DNA of 62,575 nucleotides, filler included, from Chiloscyllium plagiosum (Eukaryota), in assembly GCF_004010195.1 (NCBI RefSeq). It is 3 parts of one record of this genome, joined end to end, with 100 filler letters (N's around TTAATTAATTAA, not from the genome) between each part and the next. Parts side by side here need not be neighbours in the genome. Positions count along the whole stretch, not along the records: positions 1 to 31,559 come from NC_057714.1; positions 31,660 to 58,126 come from NC_057714.1; 1 more part is not named here. One strand, 5' to 3'. Each line of letters starts with the position of its first letter. The stretch's first letter is position 1. Below are positions 25,619 through 37,999 of the stretch, piece by piece. A program made the translations under genes and the position numbers. The notes beneath the pieces are model-generated. The model saw nothing but the letters and a program-made list of their open reading frames with translations. It had not been told where the DNA came from and did not search any database.

Positions 25619-27932
25619 GGAGGGAAGAAGAGCAAGAAAGGAGGAGAAGAAGCTTTGAAGAGAGAATGGGAGATGAGGAAAGGCAGGAAGGTAGAGGAGA
25701 AAGGTAGAGGGGGTGAGTACGCAGAATGTCAGTGCAAATGGGTAGTGAGAAGGACAGGGGTCTGGAGGGAAGACCAGAGGGTCCAGGACAGAGGTAGAAA
25801 AGGGAGGAATCAGAGTGTGTGGAGAAAGGGGAAGCAGTGCAGTGGGTAGGCTGAAGTGTAGTAGAGGGGAAGACAGGGGAAAGCTAGAGGAAATGGGAGA
25901 ACCGAAGAGAGGAAATGGAATGTGAATTACGACCATAGTATATAACAATGAATGTGTTATATTGTATTATAGAAACTAATGATATTAATTATAGTACCAA
26001 TATAACTAATACTGATAATACTATAATGATAACTATAGTGATTTATTAAACAAGTACACTTGTAACTGGGAATTAAACATTTGAAGTTCCAACAATATTT
26101 AAAGCTTTGTCAGGTTCCCTAGACCTGAAAGAGATCATAAATTGTTTTTTTAAGTAATATTTTCTTGTTAAATTTTAAAATAGACTTTGCTAGATAAAAA
26201 TTTAGCTACTGTCAATCTCATGACACTTGTTGACAGCATTTTCTGGTAAGCTCCAGCACTGATTTACAAAGGACAAAAGCTAAAATCATCATCATCCTGA
26301 AATGTGACACCCTTGCATTGTGTGGATTTTGCAGTTCACAAACACAAGGACCAGCTGACATGATGTTGCCCTAGCAGTGTCTTACAACATAGGGAGTGCA
26401 ATCAATATATTATGCCTGAAGAGGTCCTAATGCCCCAAAATTCTATACATAGAACAATGTCCCTGGTCAAAATTATAAAAACTCACTTGTTAAGTAGAAA
26501 TTGATTCATCTAGAAACCGTGTCACAGACAAATTAACCCATGCTTGAGTGTGGAATCAGCAGTTACTGTTAACATCAGTCATCTAATAATCTAAGGTCAG
26601 CTGGACTCCAGGTTGATCTAAGCCTGCCTCATGTCTCAGGTTTTTCAAAGCACGGTTTTCAGTATATATCCACCTGAAAAGTCTACCAACCTCATTGATA
26701 AATCTTCAACGAGTATGAAAAGATAAATTCTGGCACAAAATACTGCCTTCAGTCAATTGCATCCGACTGTATCTCTATTCCTACAGAAAATAACCTCCAA
26801 CACTGATTTTATGGACTCAGACAAAATTAAATGAATTGATGTCCATCCTGTTGAATATCAAATTATACTTAATTGAAACCCCTTTTCTTACATGCCTGTC
26901 CTGTGTTTGTGTGTGTGTCTCTCTCTCTCTCTGAAAGTTTGTTGTGAATAATTTTATTTGAAGTGAACTTCACAAGTAGATAATTTCAAAAGGGGAAAGA
27001 AATAAGCAAAATCATAAAACAACTGTGTTATGGCAATAAGAAGAGAAAAGTAAAAATATTCAATATTTTCCTCACCTGTTCTAGAACAGCATTATGTAAA
27101 TAATATTTCCAAATTCAGTTTAAACCTGATGTAATCACTTTTATGATCCCTGTGGGATCTATAAACCCCCCAAAAAAACAAATTTACCAAACAAAATCTA
27201 ATAGAAGACTACTTTATGTGACTTTTATTTTAGCATGTATTAAAATCCATGGTAACTTGAAAATAAATTATGCAGTTGAGGTCATTTCAAACAATGGGTT
27301 ACATCTGGAATAACATACAGCAAAGATAAATTTTATCGATCTTATAGCCTGCCCAATTTTCTACCCTTGAATCTTCTTCAGGCAGAAGTCCAATTATTTT
27401 CCTTCAAACGTTTATCCATTTCTCCCAGGCAACACTTTCCATGTAAAGAGAGTTCTACCTGTACAAAGCTGCACACAATAGCATACTTCTTTCTGGAACT
27501 GTCTTAACTTCTGGGTTCCATTGGTTTCATGCATGAGAACTGCCTTTGCAGTTTCCTCTTACAGTCTGCAACTTGGTCTCCATACTTTAATTTTTGGTTG
27601 ATATTGTTTTCAGGCCAACATGGCTCACCAGGTCACAGGGACCAATATTTCTTAGAATTTGAAAATTATAATGGATTCCTTACAACTGATACAATACTTG
27701 AAAGTTCTCAGTAATAATTACAGAATCCCAAAACATTTTGATGTAGTTACACATTTTACTAAATGGTACTGTTTCTAGGTCAAAGGCTGTCACATGTTAA
27801 TGTGCATTTTACTTCATATACTTTGTTTGAACCTCTGATGTATTTGCATCCAATCATTTGAGGCTGCATTGTAGTATTACAGCAAATGAGTCACATTTTA
27901 CAGTAACTATTCTCTTTGTTCTGTGCTTTCAG

Positions 27933-27952
27933 TACTCATCACTGATTATAGG
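27933..27952 (+). CDS. DDC: DDC 20-bp micro-exon equivalent to human exon 11
   Basis: Polypyrimidine tract tctctttgttctgtgctttcAG|ta ctc atc act gat tat agg|GTGAGT, encoding (V)LITDYR. The five exons total 327 bp, i.e. 109 codons with no stop. Confidence 0.92.
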
Positions 27953-28020
27953 GTGAGTACCATTAAAGCATTTCTAAACCATAGTAATGTGAAATAGCCT
28001 CATAATTGGGGATATAATTT

Positions 28021-28790
28021 TCAGAGCTGAAAATGTGTTGCTGGAACAGCGCAGCAGGTCAGGCAGCATCCAAGGAACAGGAGAATCGACGTTTCAGGCA
28101 TAAGCCCTTCTTCAGGAATGAGGAAAGTGTGTCCAGCAGGCTAAGATAAAAGGTAGGGAGGAGGGACTTGGGGGAGGGACGTTGGAAATGCGATAGGTGG
28201 AGAGAGGTCAAGGTGAGGGTGATAGGCCGGAGTGGGGTGGGGGNNNNNNNNNNNNNNNNNNNNNNNNNNNNNNNNNNNNNNNNNNNNNNNNNNNNNNNNN
28301 NNNNNNNNNNNNNNNNNNNNNNNNNNNNNNNNNNNNNNNNNNNNNNNNNNNNNNNNNNNNNNNNNNNNNNNNNNNNNNNNNNNNNNNNNNNNNNNNNNNN
28401 NNNNNNNNNNNNNNNNNNNNNNNNNNNNNNNNNNNNNNNNNNNNNNNNNNNNNNNNNNNNNNNNNNNNNNNNNNNNNNNNNNNNNNNNNNNNNNNNNNNN
28501 NNNNNNNNNCGGAATGCTGATAGGGGAGGGGAGGGAAATATATCCCTGGTGGTGGGGTCCGTTTGGAGGTGGCGGAAATGACTGCGGATGATACGCTGTA
28601 CATGGAGGTTGGTGGGGTGGTAGGTGAGGACCAGTGGGGTTCTGTCCTGGTGGCGGTTGGAGGGGTGGGGCTCAAGGGCGGAGGAGCGGGAAGTGGAAGA
28701 GATGCGGTGGAGGGCATTGTCGACCACGTCTGGGGGGAAATTGCGGTCCTTGAAGAAGGAGGTCATCTGGGTTGTACAGTTTTGGAAAAT
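28021..28790 (-). mobile_element. Young 5'-truncated Penelope-like element spanning an N gap (28244-28509)
   Basis: FFKDRNFP...RTPLVLTYHP...HFRHLQTDPTTRDIFPSPPLSAF on one side of the gap and an intact pLTR on the other. Confidence 0.9.
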
Positions 28791-29369
28791 ATAATTTTCA
28801 GTTCTAGTCAGGTTCAATGTTCACCTAAATGTATGTTATTGTTTTTCAACACCTCCAGCTTTGACTTTAGTCTAAATGAAGATTTATTGAACTAAGTTTT
28901 GGTTTTCCCATAAATTTATTCCTTTCCTAATTCTGCGAGCATCATTATTTTGTGGTTCTTCACTGTACTAGTCTTTCCTTGTGGGAACCTAAACAGTGAG
29001 TTTTATCAGTGTGTTCAATATATAGGATTTTTCACTGTCAAATCCAATCTCCCCAGTGTCCACAAATACATTCCTCAAGGGTTACTGGTCTTTTATTGTT
29101 GCTGTTAATGCACTTCTCCTCAGAATCGAAATGCAGGTTTTTCTCTTTTATGAACCGAGTTGCTGAAGTCATTTGTAGCTCCTCTACTGCCACCTGGCAG
29201 TAGTAGGTGAAAACAACATGAAAAGAGAAAAAAGGAGGGAAATGTTTATGGCTTAGTGTGATTAAGACATTTTTTTTGCATGAGTCATTGGGGACCTGAT
29301 TAAAATTATATAGCTTACGACTTGCAAACTGTCCCCAGTTAAAATGAAAGTTTGTAGAAATCAGAAACC

Positions 29370-31559
29370 ATTTTGCAGAGCGGCGAGGAGAGAAGGAGTG
29401 GTGAAGCGAGGACTGCCAGGAAGGGTGAGTTTTTCCGCATTAAAAGGGACTTACCTCGCGAGTCGGGCCTCCATTTGCCGAGAGGTGCGAGGGAGGAGCG
29501 ATGGACTTCTGGGAAGTCATATATTTATGTGGTTGCGTTACTCAAAACACTACTCAGGTAGTGTCTCCCACCCATCCTCCTCTCACCAAAAAAAAGGACC
29601 TGTGCGCCAGATTGGTAAGGTAACCTTTTTTTTTATTCCTTATTTTTTCAACAGTCTCTTTGGGAATTTAGAATAGTGGGAATGGAATGTTCCTCCTGCA
29701 GAATGTGGGAGGTAAGGGTCACCACTAGTGTCCCTGCTGACTACATCTGCGGGAAGTGCACCCAACTCCAGCTCTTTGAAAACCCCGTTAGGGAACTGGA
29801 GCTGGAGCTGGATGAACTTCGGATCATTCGGGAGGCAGGTGGGGTTATTGAGCAAAGTTACAGGGAAGTAGTCTCTTCTAAGGTACAAGAAAAAGGCAAA
29901 TGGGTTACAGTCAGGGGACAGAAAGGGAACTGGCAGGCAGTGCAGGGAACCCCTGTGGCCATGCCCCTCAACAATAAGTATACTGTTTTGGATACTGTTG
30001 GGGGAGACGACTTACCAGGGGAAAGCAGTGGGGCACAGGGCTCTGGCACAGAGTCTGTCCCTGCTGCTCAGAAGGGAAAGGGGAAGAGGAGCAGAGCAGT
30101 AGTCATTGGGGACTCCATTGTTAGGGGGACAGATAGGAGGTTCTGTGGGGACGAGAGAGAATCATGGTTGGTGTGTAGCCTCCCAGGTGCCAGGGTTCGT
30201 GATGTCTCTGATCATCTTTTTGGGATCCTTAAGGAGGAGGGGGAGCAGCCCCAAGTCGTGGTCCACATAGGTACCAACGACATAGGTAGGAAGAGTGATG
30301 GGGATTTAAGGCAGAAATTCAAGGAGCTAGGATGGAAGCTTAGAGCAAGGATGAACAGAGTTGTCTCTGGTTTGTTGCCCGTGCCATGTGCTGATGAGGC
30401 GAGGAATAGGGAGAGAGAGGAGTTGAACACGTGGGTACAGGGATGGTGCAGGAGGGAGGGTTTTGGATTCTTGGATAATTGGGGCTTTTTCTGGGGTAGG
30501 TGGTACCTCTACAAGCAGGATGGTCTTCATCTGAACCAGAGGGGTACCAATATCCTGGGGGGGAAATTCGCTAAGGCTATTGGGGTGGGTTTAAACTAAT
30601 CCAACAGGGGGATGGGAACCAAAAGTGTAGTTCGAGCATAGAAAAGGTTGAGAGTAGGGAAGTACGAAATCAAGTTTCAGGGACGCAAGATCGCATCAGC
30701 AAGCAAGAAGTTGGTTTGAAGTGTGTCTATTTCAATGCCAGGAGCATCTGGAATAAGGTGGGTGAACTTGCAGCATGGGTTGGTACCTGGGACTTCGATG
30801 TTGTGGCCATTTCGGAGACGTGGTTAGAGCAGGAAGAGGAATGATTGTTGCAGGTTCCAGGATTTAGATGTTTCAGTAAGAACAGAGAAGATGGTAAAAG
30901 AGGAGGAGGTGTGGCATTGTTGGTCAAGGACAGTATTACAGTTGCAGAAAGGATGTTTGGGGATTGAAGTTAGAAACAGAAAAGGAGAGTTCAACCTGTT
31001 GGGAGTTTTCTATAGGCCTCCGAATAGTTCCAGAGATGCAGAGGAAAGGATAGCAAAGTTGATTCTAGATAGGAGTGAGAGAGAGACAGGGTAGTTGTCA
31101 TGGGGGGCTTCAACTTTCCAAATATTGCCTGGGAACTCTACAGTACGAGTTCTATAGATGGGTCAGTTTTTGTCCAGTGTGTGCAGGAGGGCTTCCTGAT
31201 ACAAGGGGCGAAGCCACATTAGATTTGGTACTGGGTAATAAGCCCTGCCAGGTGTTAGACTTGGAAGTAGGTGAGCACTTTGGTGATAGCGATCATAATT
31301 CTGTTATGTTTACTTGAGTGATGGAAAGGGATAGGTGTATACCACTGGGCAAGAGTTATAACTGGGGGAAAGGCAATTACAATGAGATAAGGCAAGATTT
31401 AGGAAGTAAAGGATGGGGAAGGAAACTGCAGGGGATAGGCACATTAGAAATGTGGAGCTTATTCAAGCAAAAGCTCCTGAGTGTCCTAGATAAGTATGTA
31501 CCTGTCAGGCAGGGAGGAAGCTGTAGAGCGCGGGAGCCATGGTTTACGAAGGAAGTGGA
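29370..31559 (+). mobile_element. CR1 LINE 5' half (5'UTR, ORF1, start of ORF2), cut by an assembly spacer
   Basis: An intact ORF1 is followed by APE motifs (YFNARS, DVVAISETWL, FYRPPNS, GEHFGDSDHN) that contain stops and frameshifts. Confidence 0.93.
29682..30599 (+). CDS. CR1 ORF1 protein: N-terminal Cys cluster, coiled coil and SGNH/GDSL esterase domain
   Basis: Uninterrupted ~305-codon frame with CSSC...CGKC, ELELELDEL, and SGNH blocks GDS, PGARV, HIGTND and DGLH. Confidence 0.85.
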   Translation: MECSSCRMWEVRVTTSVPADYICGKCTQLQLFENPVRELELELDELRIIREAGGVIEQSYREVVSSKVQEKGKWVTVRGQKGNWQAVQGTPVAMPLNNKYTVLDTVGGDDLPGESSGAQGSGTESVPAAQKGKGKRSRAVVIGDSIVRGTDRRFCGDERESWLVCSLPGARVRDVSDHLFGILKEEGEQPQVVVHIGTNDIGRKSDGDLRQKFKELGWKLRARMNRVVSGLLPVPCADEARNREREELNTWVQGWCRREGFGFLDNWGFFWGRWYLYKQDGLHLNQRGTNILGGKFAKAIGVGLN

Positions 31560-31659
31560 NNNNNNNNNNNNNNNNNNNNNNNNNNNNNNNNNNNNNNNNN
31601 NNNTTAATTAATTAANNNNNNNNNNNNNNNNNNNNNNNNNNNNNNNNNNNNNNNNNNNN
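31560..31659. other. Artificial scaffold spacer N44-TTAATTAATTAA-N44
   Basis: Exactly 100 bp. The palindromic 12-mer gives stops in all six frames. The flanks are not collinear (+ CR1 versus - SINE). Confidence 0.95.
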
Positions 31660-31806
31660 AGGAAACCGGAGCACCCGGAGGAAACCCACGCAGACACGGG
31701 GAGAACGTGCAAACTCCACACAGTCAGTCGCCTGAGGCGGGAATTGAACCCGGGTCTCTGGCGCTGTGAGGCAGCAGTGCTAACCACTGTGCCACCGTGC
31801 CACCCA
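31660..31806 (-). mobile_element. HE1/V-SINE 5' part
   Basis: tRNA-like head with A/B boxes (gtggcacggtggcacagtggttagc...gggttcaattccc) followed by the V domain gtgtggagtttgcacgttctccccgtgtctgcgtgggtttcctccgggtgctccggtttcct. Confidence 0.9.
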
Positions 31807-32279
31807 CTAATTATGGTCGCTGGCCCCAAAGTACTCCCCCACTGACACCTCAGTCACCTGCTCTGCCTTATTTCCCAAGAGTAGGTCAAGTTTTGCACCT
31901 TCTGTAGTAGGTACATCCACATACTGAATCAGAAAATTGTCTTGTACGCACTTAAGAAATTCCTCTCCATCCAAACCTTTAATACTATGGCAGTCCCAGT
32001 CAATGATTGGAAAGTTAAAATCCCCTAACATAACCACCCTATTATTCTTAGATTTCACTTCACCTGGTTCTATTGCAGCAATAAGAACAGTTGATGTTAG
32101 AATATTGCAATGAACATATATTTACAAAAAAGCTGCATTTACACACTGATTGAATACCCGCGCCAGGTGAAACCCTCAGAATGCTCCCTTCTCTTCCTCC
32201 CATTTATTTCTAAGTGATAGACTACAGACTTGCCTTAAATGGCAAAGGGATGTTGGATTAGATAAGGAAGTGAGGAAGA

Positions 32280-32660
32280 GCTGAAAGATCCTGTAACAGA
32301 TGAGCAGGGGAGTTATCCTCGATGGAAGATCACAAACCTCAGACATTAACTTCGTTTCTCTCTCTCTCTCTCTCTCAATCTACACAAATAAGGACTAACT
32401 TGATACTTTTCTTTCCTGGCATTTTGTTCTTTTTCCCATTTGCCAGTACCCACAGTGCTGTTGTGCTTTTCCAGTTGTGTGCTCTGGACAGTATCAATAT
32501 CACATTGCTGCCTGTAGGGCTTCGCTGTGCACCAAATGGCTGCTGTGTTTCATATGTTCCTGTAGGTACAGCATTCCTTGAAATATTTAACTGTTATAAA
32601 AAAGATGCAAGGAGTGCTGTGGTTGTGGAGGTGCTACATAAATGCAGGTCATTTCTTTTT
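32280..32660 (+). mobile_element. DeuSINE 3' part with an embedded pLTR-like piece
   Basis: aaagatcc...gagcaggggagtt, atcacattgctg...gctgtgcaccaaatggctgc and tail ggtgctacataaatgcaggtc. Confidence 0.55.
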
Positions 32661-33904
32661 TAAAGAAAGAAGATTTGGAACTTCTAACGGTCCTTCACGA
32701 GGAGAAAATGGTTTGTAAGTTAACAGTAAAGCTCACAAACTTCCCAGAGGCCTCCCTGGAAGAACTGAATTGTATTCATTTTGCAACCTTTCCTTACCGG
32801 AGACTGCTGAATGATGTCACTCCAATTTGACTGCCAACAAACATGACTGAGTGAGGGCGATTTGTGCTTTCTTAGCTCACTGACGCTTCAAGCCTCCACC
32901 TGGGCCTTTGCATGTAGTGGAGACATGGGGCTCTCAGGAAGGGGAAGATGAGGGTGTCAGGTAGCATGAGGATGCTACTGAAGTGCCTGTCTGCCATCCT
33001 CCTCCCGATCCGTATCTGCTGGCACACCCTGTCTCCTTGTGAAGAAGGGGCGCCTACAGTAAGATTGAGATCCCTTGTCCATCCTCACCATGTGATTGAT
33101 GCTGTGCTTCTATGACTAAAGCAATGCAGTGCAGGTGTGAGTACATATCCAGTAGAGACAGCTTTCTGTTGGACCTGAGTCTCAAAGGCAGCCAGGGGTG
33201 CAGCCATGTGCTTATATGCCAAGGCCAGGACAGCAGTGAGAAAGTGGAAGGACTGCAGCCCACTGAGAGCCTCCAGCTCCATGTTCCCCTGCCTCTCTCA
33301 CTCTCTCTGCAGCTTGAACATGCTATAATATCCACTCCAACTATGCTTTTGGCTTCTCTGTCTTCCACTCATATTTTCTCTTCATTCCCTCTCACACACC
33401 CTTTCTATTGATTATCGTTGACTATTAGTTGTTCTAAACAGTTCTGAGGTGTCATCATATAAGTGTACTATGTACAAGCATGATTAATATCAGCTAAATG
33501 TACAAAGACTCCCATTTTCTGTATGTCTCATTAATTTCTTATGAATAGGTCAAGATGTATGCTGCTTCTTGAAGCTTCTACAGTGTAATGAAATAGGCAA
33601 TCAACGACATGTTTACAAATCTAGACTCTATACCATTTGAGGATTCTCAATTTAAACTCAGAACAACAGAGCTTCATTTTGTTTGAATTTGGTGGTCATT
33701 GATAAAACTAATGTTAGCTTTGTCATTTTCAAAATTAATTTTATACTCATGGTCTTCTAAACACATTCTTACATGTTACACTGCAGATATCCAAACATCA
33801 TTTTATTCCATAGGTTGTCCCAAAGTGCATCGTAGTCAAATAATTACCTAGAAGTATAATCACTGTAGTTTTGTGGGCTGTAGATTCATTCACTGTAGAT
33901 TCAT

Positions 33905-34246
33905 TTCTGGAATCCTTACAGTGCAGAAAGAGGCCATTCAGTCCTTCGAGTTTGTACACACCCTCCAAAAGGCTTCCCACCCACACCCTATGTTATCCCA
34001 TAACCCTACATTTCCATTGGCTAATTCATCTAGCCTACAAATCCCTAGACACTACAGGCAATTTAGCACGGGCAATCCATGTAAGCTGCATCTTTAGACT
34101 GAATGAGAAAACTACAGCATCCAAAGGAAATCCACACAGACACAGTGAAGAATGTGCAAGCTCTACACAAACTATTACCCCAGGCTAGAATCAAACCCAG
34201 GTCCCTGGCGCTGTGAGGCAGCAGTGCTAACCACTGAGCCACCATG
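33905..34246 (-). mobile_element. HE1/V-SINE
   Basis: tRNA head, V domain and CR1-type tail. Confidence 0.85.
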
Positions 34247-34337
34247 ATTTACAGATCATTCAAGACAGATTGGCTGAGGAGAGGATTATGCTGTTTGATT
34301 GCCTTTCTTGTGAACAAATCAAGTCCATATCTACTTT

Positions 34338-34616
34338 CCAAAAAGTAACGCACCCAGACCCATTCCTCGATATTAGTCAGGGGTCAATGCACCTTACCTA
34401 CATATTCCTGAACACTATGAACAATTTAGCTTGGCCAATTCACCTAACCTGCACATCTTGGGACTGTGGGAGGAAACCAGAGCACCTAGAGGAAACCTAC
34501 ACAGACATGGGGAGAATGTGCAAACTCCACATAGCCAGTCACCCAAGACTGGAATTGAACCCAGGTCGCTGGCATTGAGAGGCAGCAGTGCTAACCACTG
34601 AGCCACCATGCCACCC
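34338..34616 (-). mobile_element. HE1/V-SINE
   Basis: tRNA head and V domain, adjacent to the previous copy. Confidence 0.85.
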
Positions 34617-34889
34617 TAAACTCAGATTTATCTCCATAGATGCTTCCAGACCTGCTGAGCTTTTTCAGCAAGTTTTGTTTTTGTTTCTGATTTCCAGCAT
34701 CTGCAATCCTTTCAGTTTTTTAACATCTTGATAATGTTGGTTGAGAGAGAAAGGTCGTTTTTGCCTGTATGAAACCCTACTCTTCTTTGATATGTACCAC
34801 ACCATCTTTTACAAACTGCATGATAGCTTCCTCGTGATACAATGGCTTCAAATGCAAAGGTTTAATTCTATGTGCTTTTAACAGCCAAA

Positions 34890-36390
34890 ACCATAGTCAT
34901 AGAATCATATAGCACAAAACCAGATCCTTTGGTCCAATCAGTCCATGCTGAACATAATCCCAAACTAAACTAGTCTCACCTGTCTATTCCTGGCTCATAA
35001 CCCTCCAAACCTTTCCTACTTGTGTACTTATCGAAGTGTCTTTTAAACATTGTGCCTGCAACCACCGTTTTCTCAGCAGGTTTATTCCAACCTCTGTGTA
35101 AAACATTTCCCCCTCGTGTCTTTTTTATATATCTCTAATCTTACAAATGTGGTCCATACTCTTGAAATCCCCATCCTGGGGATAAGACAGCGACCATTAA
35201 CTCTATCTATTCCCCTCATTATTTTATAAACCTCTGTAAGGTCGCCTCTGAACCACTTCCTCTTGTGGTCTGAAGGGCCTGTTCCTGTTCCTTGTTGTTT
35301 TAGATTGGAAACACAGAATCACAGAATTGTTACAGCACAAAGGAGGCCATTTGGCCCATTTTGTTCTTCAATTGTGCTTCATTACCTCGTGTTAAATTCT
35401 TTCCAAATCCTTGCACACTATTTCAATCTAAATAATCATCCAATACCCTCTTGAATGCTTCAGTTGAACCTGCCTCCATCAGATTTCCATGTAGCGCATT
35501 CCATATCCTGACTACTCGCTGCATGAGAAAGGTTTTCCCACATCATCTATGGTAACTCCTCTGATTTTGAAGCAGTCTATGTTCAAATGCAACAAGATCT
35601 GACTTGGGTTGACAAGTGACAAGGAACATTCACACCACACAAATGCCAGGCAATGACCATCTCCAATAAGAGATAATCTAACCACCACCCATTGACATTC
35701 AATGATGTCACCATCACTGAATCCCCTACTAACAACATCCTGGGAGTTACCATTGACCAGAAATTCAATTGGATTCACCACATAGATACAGGAGCTACAA
35801 TGGTATTGATGTGATTCTCCACTTTTTGTTTTCAAGTTCTACCCAATGGCTTCAATTGAGGAACCTTCTAAGATTTTATTATTCTTCCTTACTGCAGCAA
35901 TAGACTTGTTGATCAACATTGTGACACCACCACCTCTTTTAAATCCCTTCCTGTCTCACCAGAAGGTTCTATATCCTGGAATATTGAGTTGCCAGTCCTG
36001 CCCCTTCCCCAATCATGTCTCCATAGTAGTAATGATATTGTATCTCCATGTATTAATTAGCATCCTCAACTCATTTGTCTGTATCATAAGATCTTTGTAT
36101 TAATGCCATCCAACCTTGCTGTGCTCCATCCTAACTAAGGAAGTTATGAAAAAATGAGACTGATGGAAATATATATGGCAAAAGTTAGAGGCAATTCAGA
36201 GGACGGCAAGCTTTAAAACCAAACAAATGAAATGACGAGAAGATATATTTTGTGGGTGAACTTGTAAGCAATATCCAGATGGACTACAAAAGCTACTTTA
36301 AATTGGTAAAAAGGAAGAGAAAGACCAACGTTAGCAAACATTCCTTAGAGAACGAAGCTGGAAATAATGGGAAGCCAGGAAATGATAGAT
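34890..36390. mobile_element. Patchwork of CR1/L2 fragments in both orientations
   Basis: Minus CR1 3' ends (~34890, ~35310), a plus L2-type RT piece (ILGVTID, ~35580-35790) and a minus endonuclease piece (GGGVTMLI, ~35800-36100). Confidence 0.65.
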
Positions 36391-36391
36391 G

Positions 36392-37833
36392 AGTGGCTGA
36401 AGGACCTGAACTTAAGGGAATTTATATTTGCCAGGATTTGGTGTTGGAGAAGCTGTTAGGTCTGAAGGTTGATAAGTCTCCGGGCCCTGATGGTCTGCAT
36501 CCCAGGGTACTGAAGGAGGTGGCTCGGGAAATCGTGGATGCGTTGGTGATTATTTTCCAGAGTTCAATAGATTCGGGGTCGGTTCCTGAGGATTGGAGGG
36601 TGGCAAATGTTATACCACTTTTTAAGAAAGGTGGGCGAGAGAAACAGGTAATTATAGACCAGTTAGTCTGACCTCAGTGGTGAGAAAGATGCTGGAGTCT
36701 ATTATAAAGGATGAAATTACTGCACATCTGAATAGTAGTAACAGGATAGGNNNNNNNNNNNNNNNNNNNNNNNNNNNNNNNNNNNNNNNNNNNNNNNNNN
36801 NNNNNNNNNNNNNNNNNNNNNNNNNNNNNNNNNNNNNNNNNNNNNNNNNNNNNNNNNNNNNNNNNNNNNNNNNNNNNNNNNNNNNNNNNNNNNNNNNNNN
36901 NNNNNNNNNNNNNNNNNNNNNNNNNNNNNNNNNNNNNNNNNNNNNNNNNNNNNNNNNNNNNNNNNNNNNNNNNNNNNNNNNNNNNNNNNNNNNNNNNNNN
37001 NNNNNNNNNNNNNNNNNNNNNNNNNNNNNNNNNNNNNNNNNNNNNNNNNNNNNNNNNNNNNNNNNNNNNNNNNNNNNNNNNNNNNNNNNNNNNNNNNNNN
37101 NNNNNNNNNNNNNNNNNNNNNNNNNNNNNNNNNNNNNNNNNNNNNNNNNNNNNNNNNNNNNNNNNNNNNNNNNNNNNNNNNNNNNNNNNNNNNNNNNNNN
37201 NNNNNNNNNNNNNNNNNNNNNNNNNNNNNNNNNNNNNNNNNNNNNNNNNNNNNNNNNNNNNNNNNNNNNNNNNNNNNNNNNNNNNNNNNNNNNNNNNNNN
37301 NNNNNNNNNNNNNNNNNNNNNNNNNNNNNNNNNNNNNNNNNNNNNNNNNNNNNNNNNNNNNNNNNNNNNNNNNNNNNNNNNNNNNNNNNNNNNNNNNNNN
37401 NNNNNNNNNNNNNNNNNNNNNNNNNNNNNNNNNNNNNNNNNNNNNNNNNNNNNNNNNNNNNNNNNNNNNNNNNNNNNNNNNNNNNNNNNNNNNNNNNNNN
37501 NNNNNNNNNNNNNNNNNNNNNNNNNNNNNNNNNNNNNNNNNNNNNNNNNNNNNGGGGTAGATCATTTAGGACAGAGATGAGGAGAAACTTGTTCACCCAG
37601 AGAGTGGTGGCTGTGTGGAATGCTCTTCCCCAGAGGGCAGTGGAGGCCCAGTCTCTGGATTCATTTAAGAAAGAGTTGGATACAGCTCTCAAAGATAGTG
37701 GAATCAAGGGTTATGGAGATAAGGCAGGAACAGGATACTGATTAGGAATGATCAGCCATGATCATATTGAATGGTGGTGCAGGCTCGAAGGGCTGAATGG
37801 CCTACTCCTGCATCTATTGTCTATTGTCTATTG
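36392..37833 (+). mobile_element. Young 5'-truncated CR1 LINE spanning an N gap (36751-37553)
   Basis: KSPGPDGLHPRVLKEVA and PEDWRVANV before the gap; FTQRVVAVWNALP and a (CTATTGT)n tail after it. Confidence 0.92.
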
Positions 37834-37999
37834 AGTTGAATAAATACCTTGCATCAGCACACTGCCCATCTTGACTTCTTCAGTCTTATTGTGGATTGAT
37901 TTCCTCATGGAATGAGAGGCAGGTATTGAGAGAGAGAAAGTGAGTGACACAGTTTTCACTGTGTTCCCCAAAAAATCTGATGCAATCCTTCAAATATCA

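Noticed and set aside
31730..31806. tRNA genes (also at 34180, 34550, 40621, 44340, 47600)
   Set aside because: These are the tRNA-derived heads of V-SINEs and continue directly into the V domain.
33770..33855. Minus-strand LFDYDALWDNLWNKMMFG segment between AG and GT as a coding exon
   Set aside because: There is an in-frame TAA immediately after the acceptor and no resemblance to DDC or GRB10.
28168..37741. Long ORFs spanning N runs, and the idea that the sized gaps hide DDC exons
   Set aside because: The ORFs are artefacts of N translation. Both sized gaps (28244-28509 and 36751-37553) have collinear TE sequence on each side.
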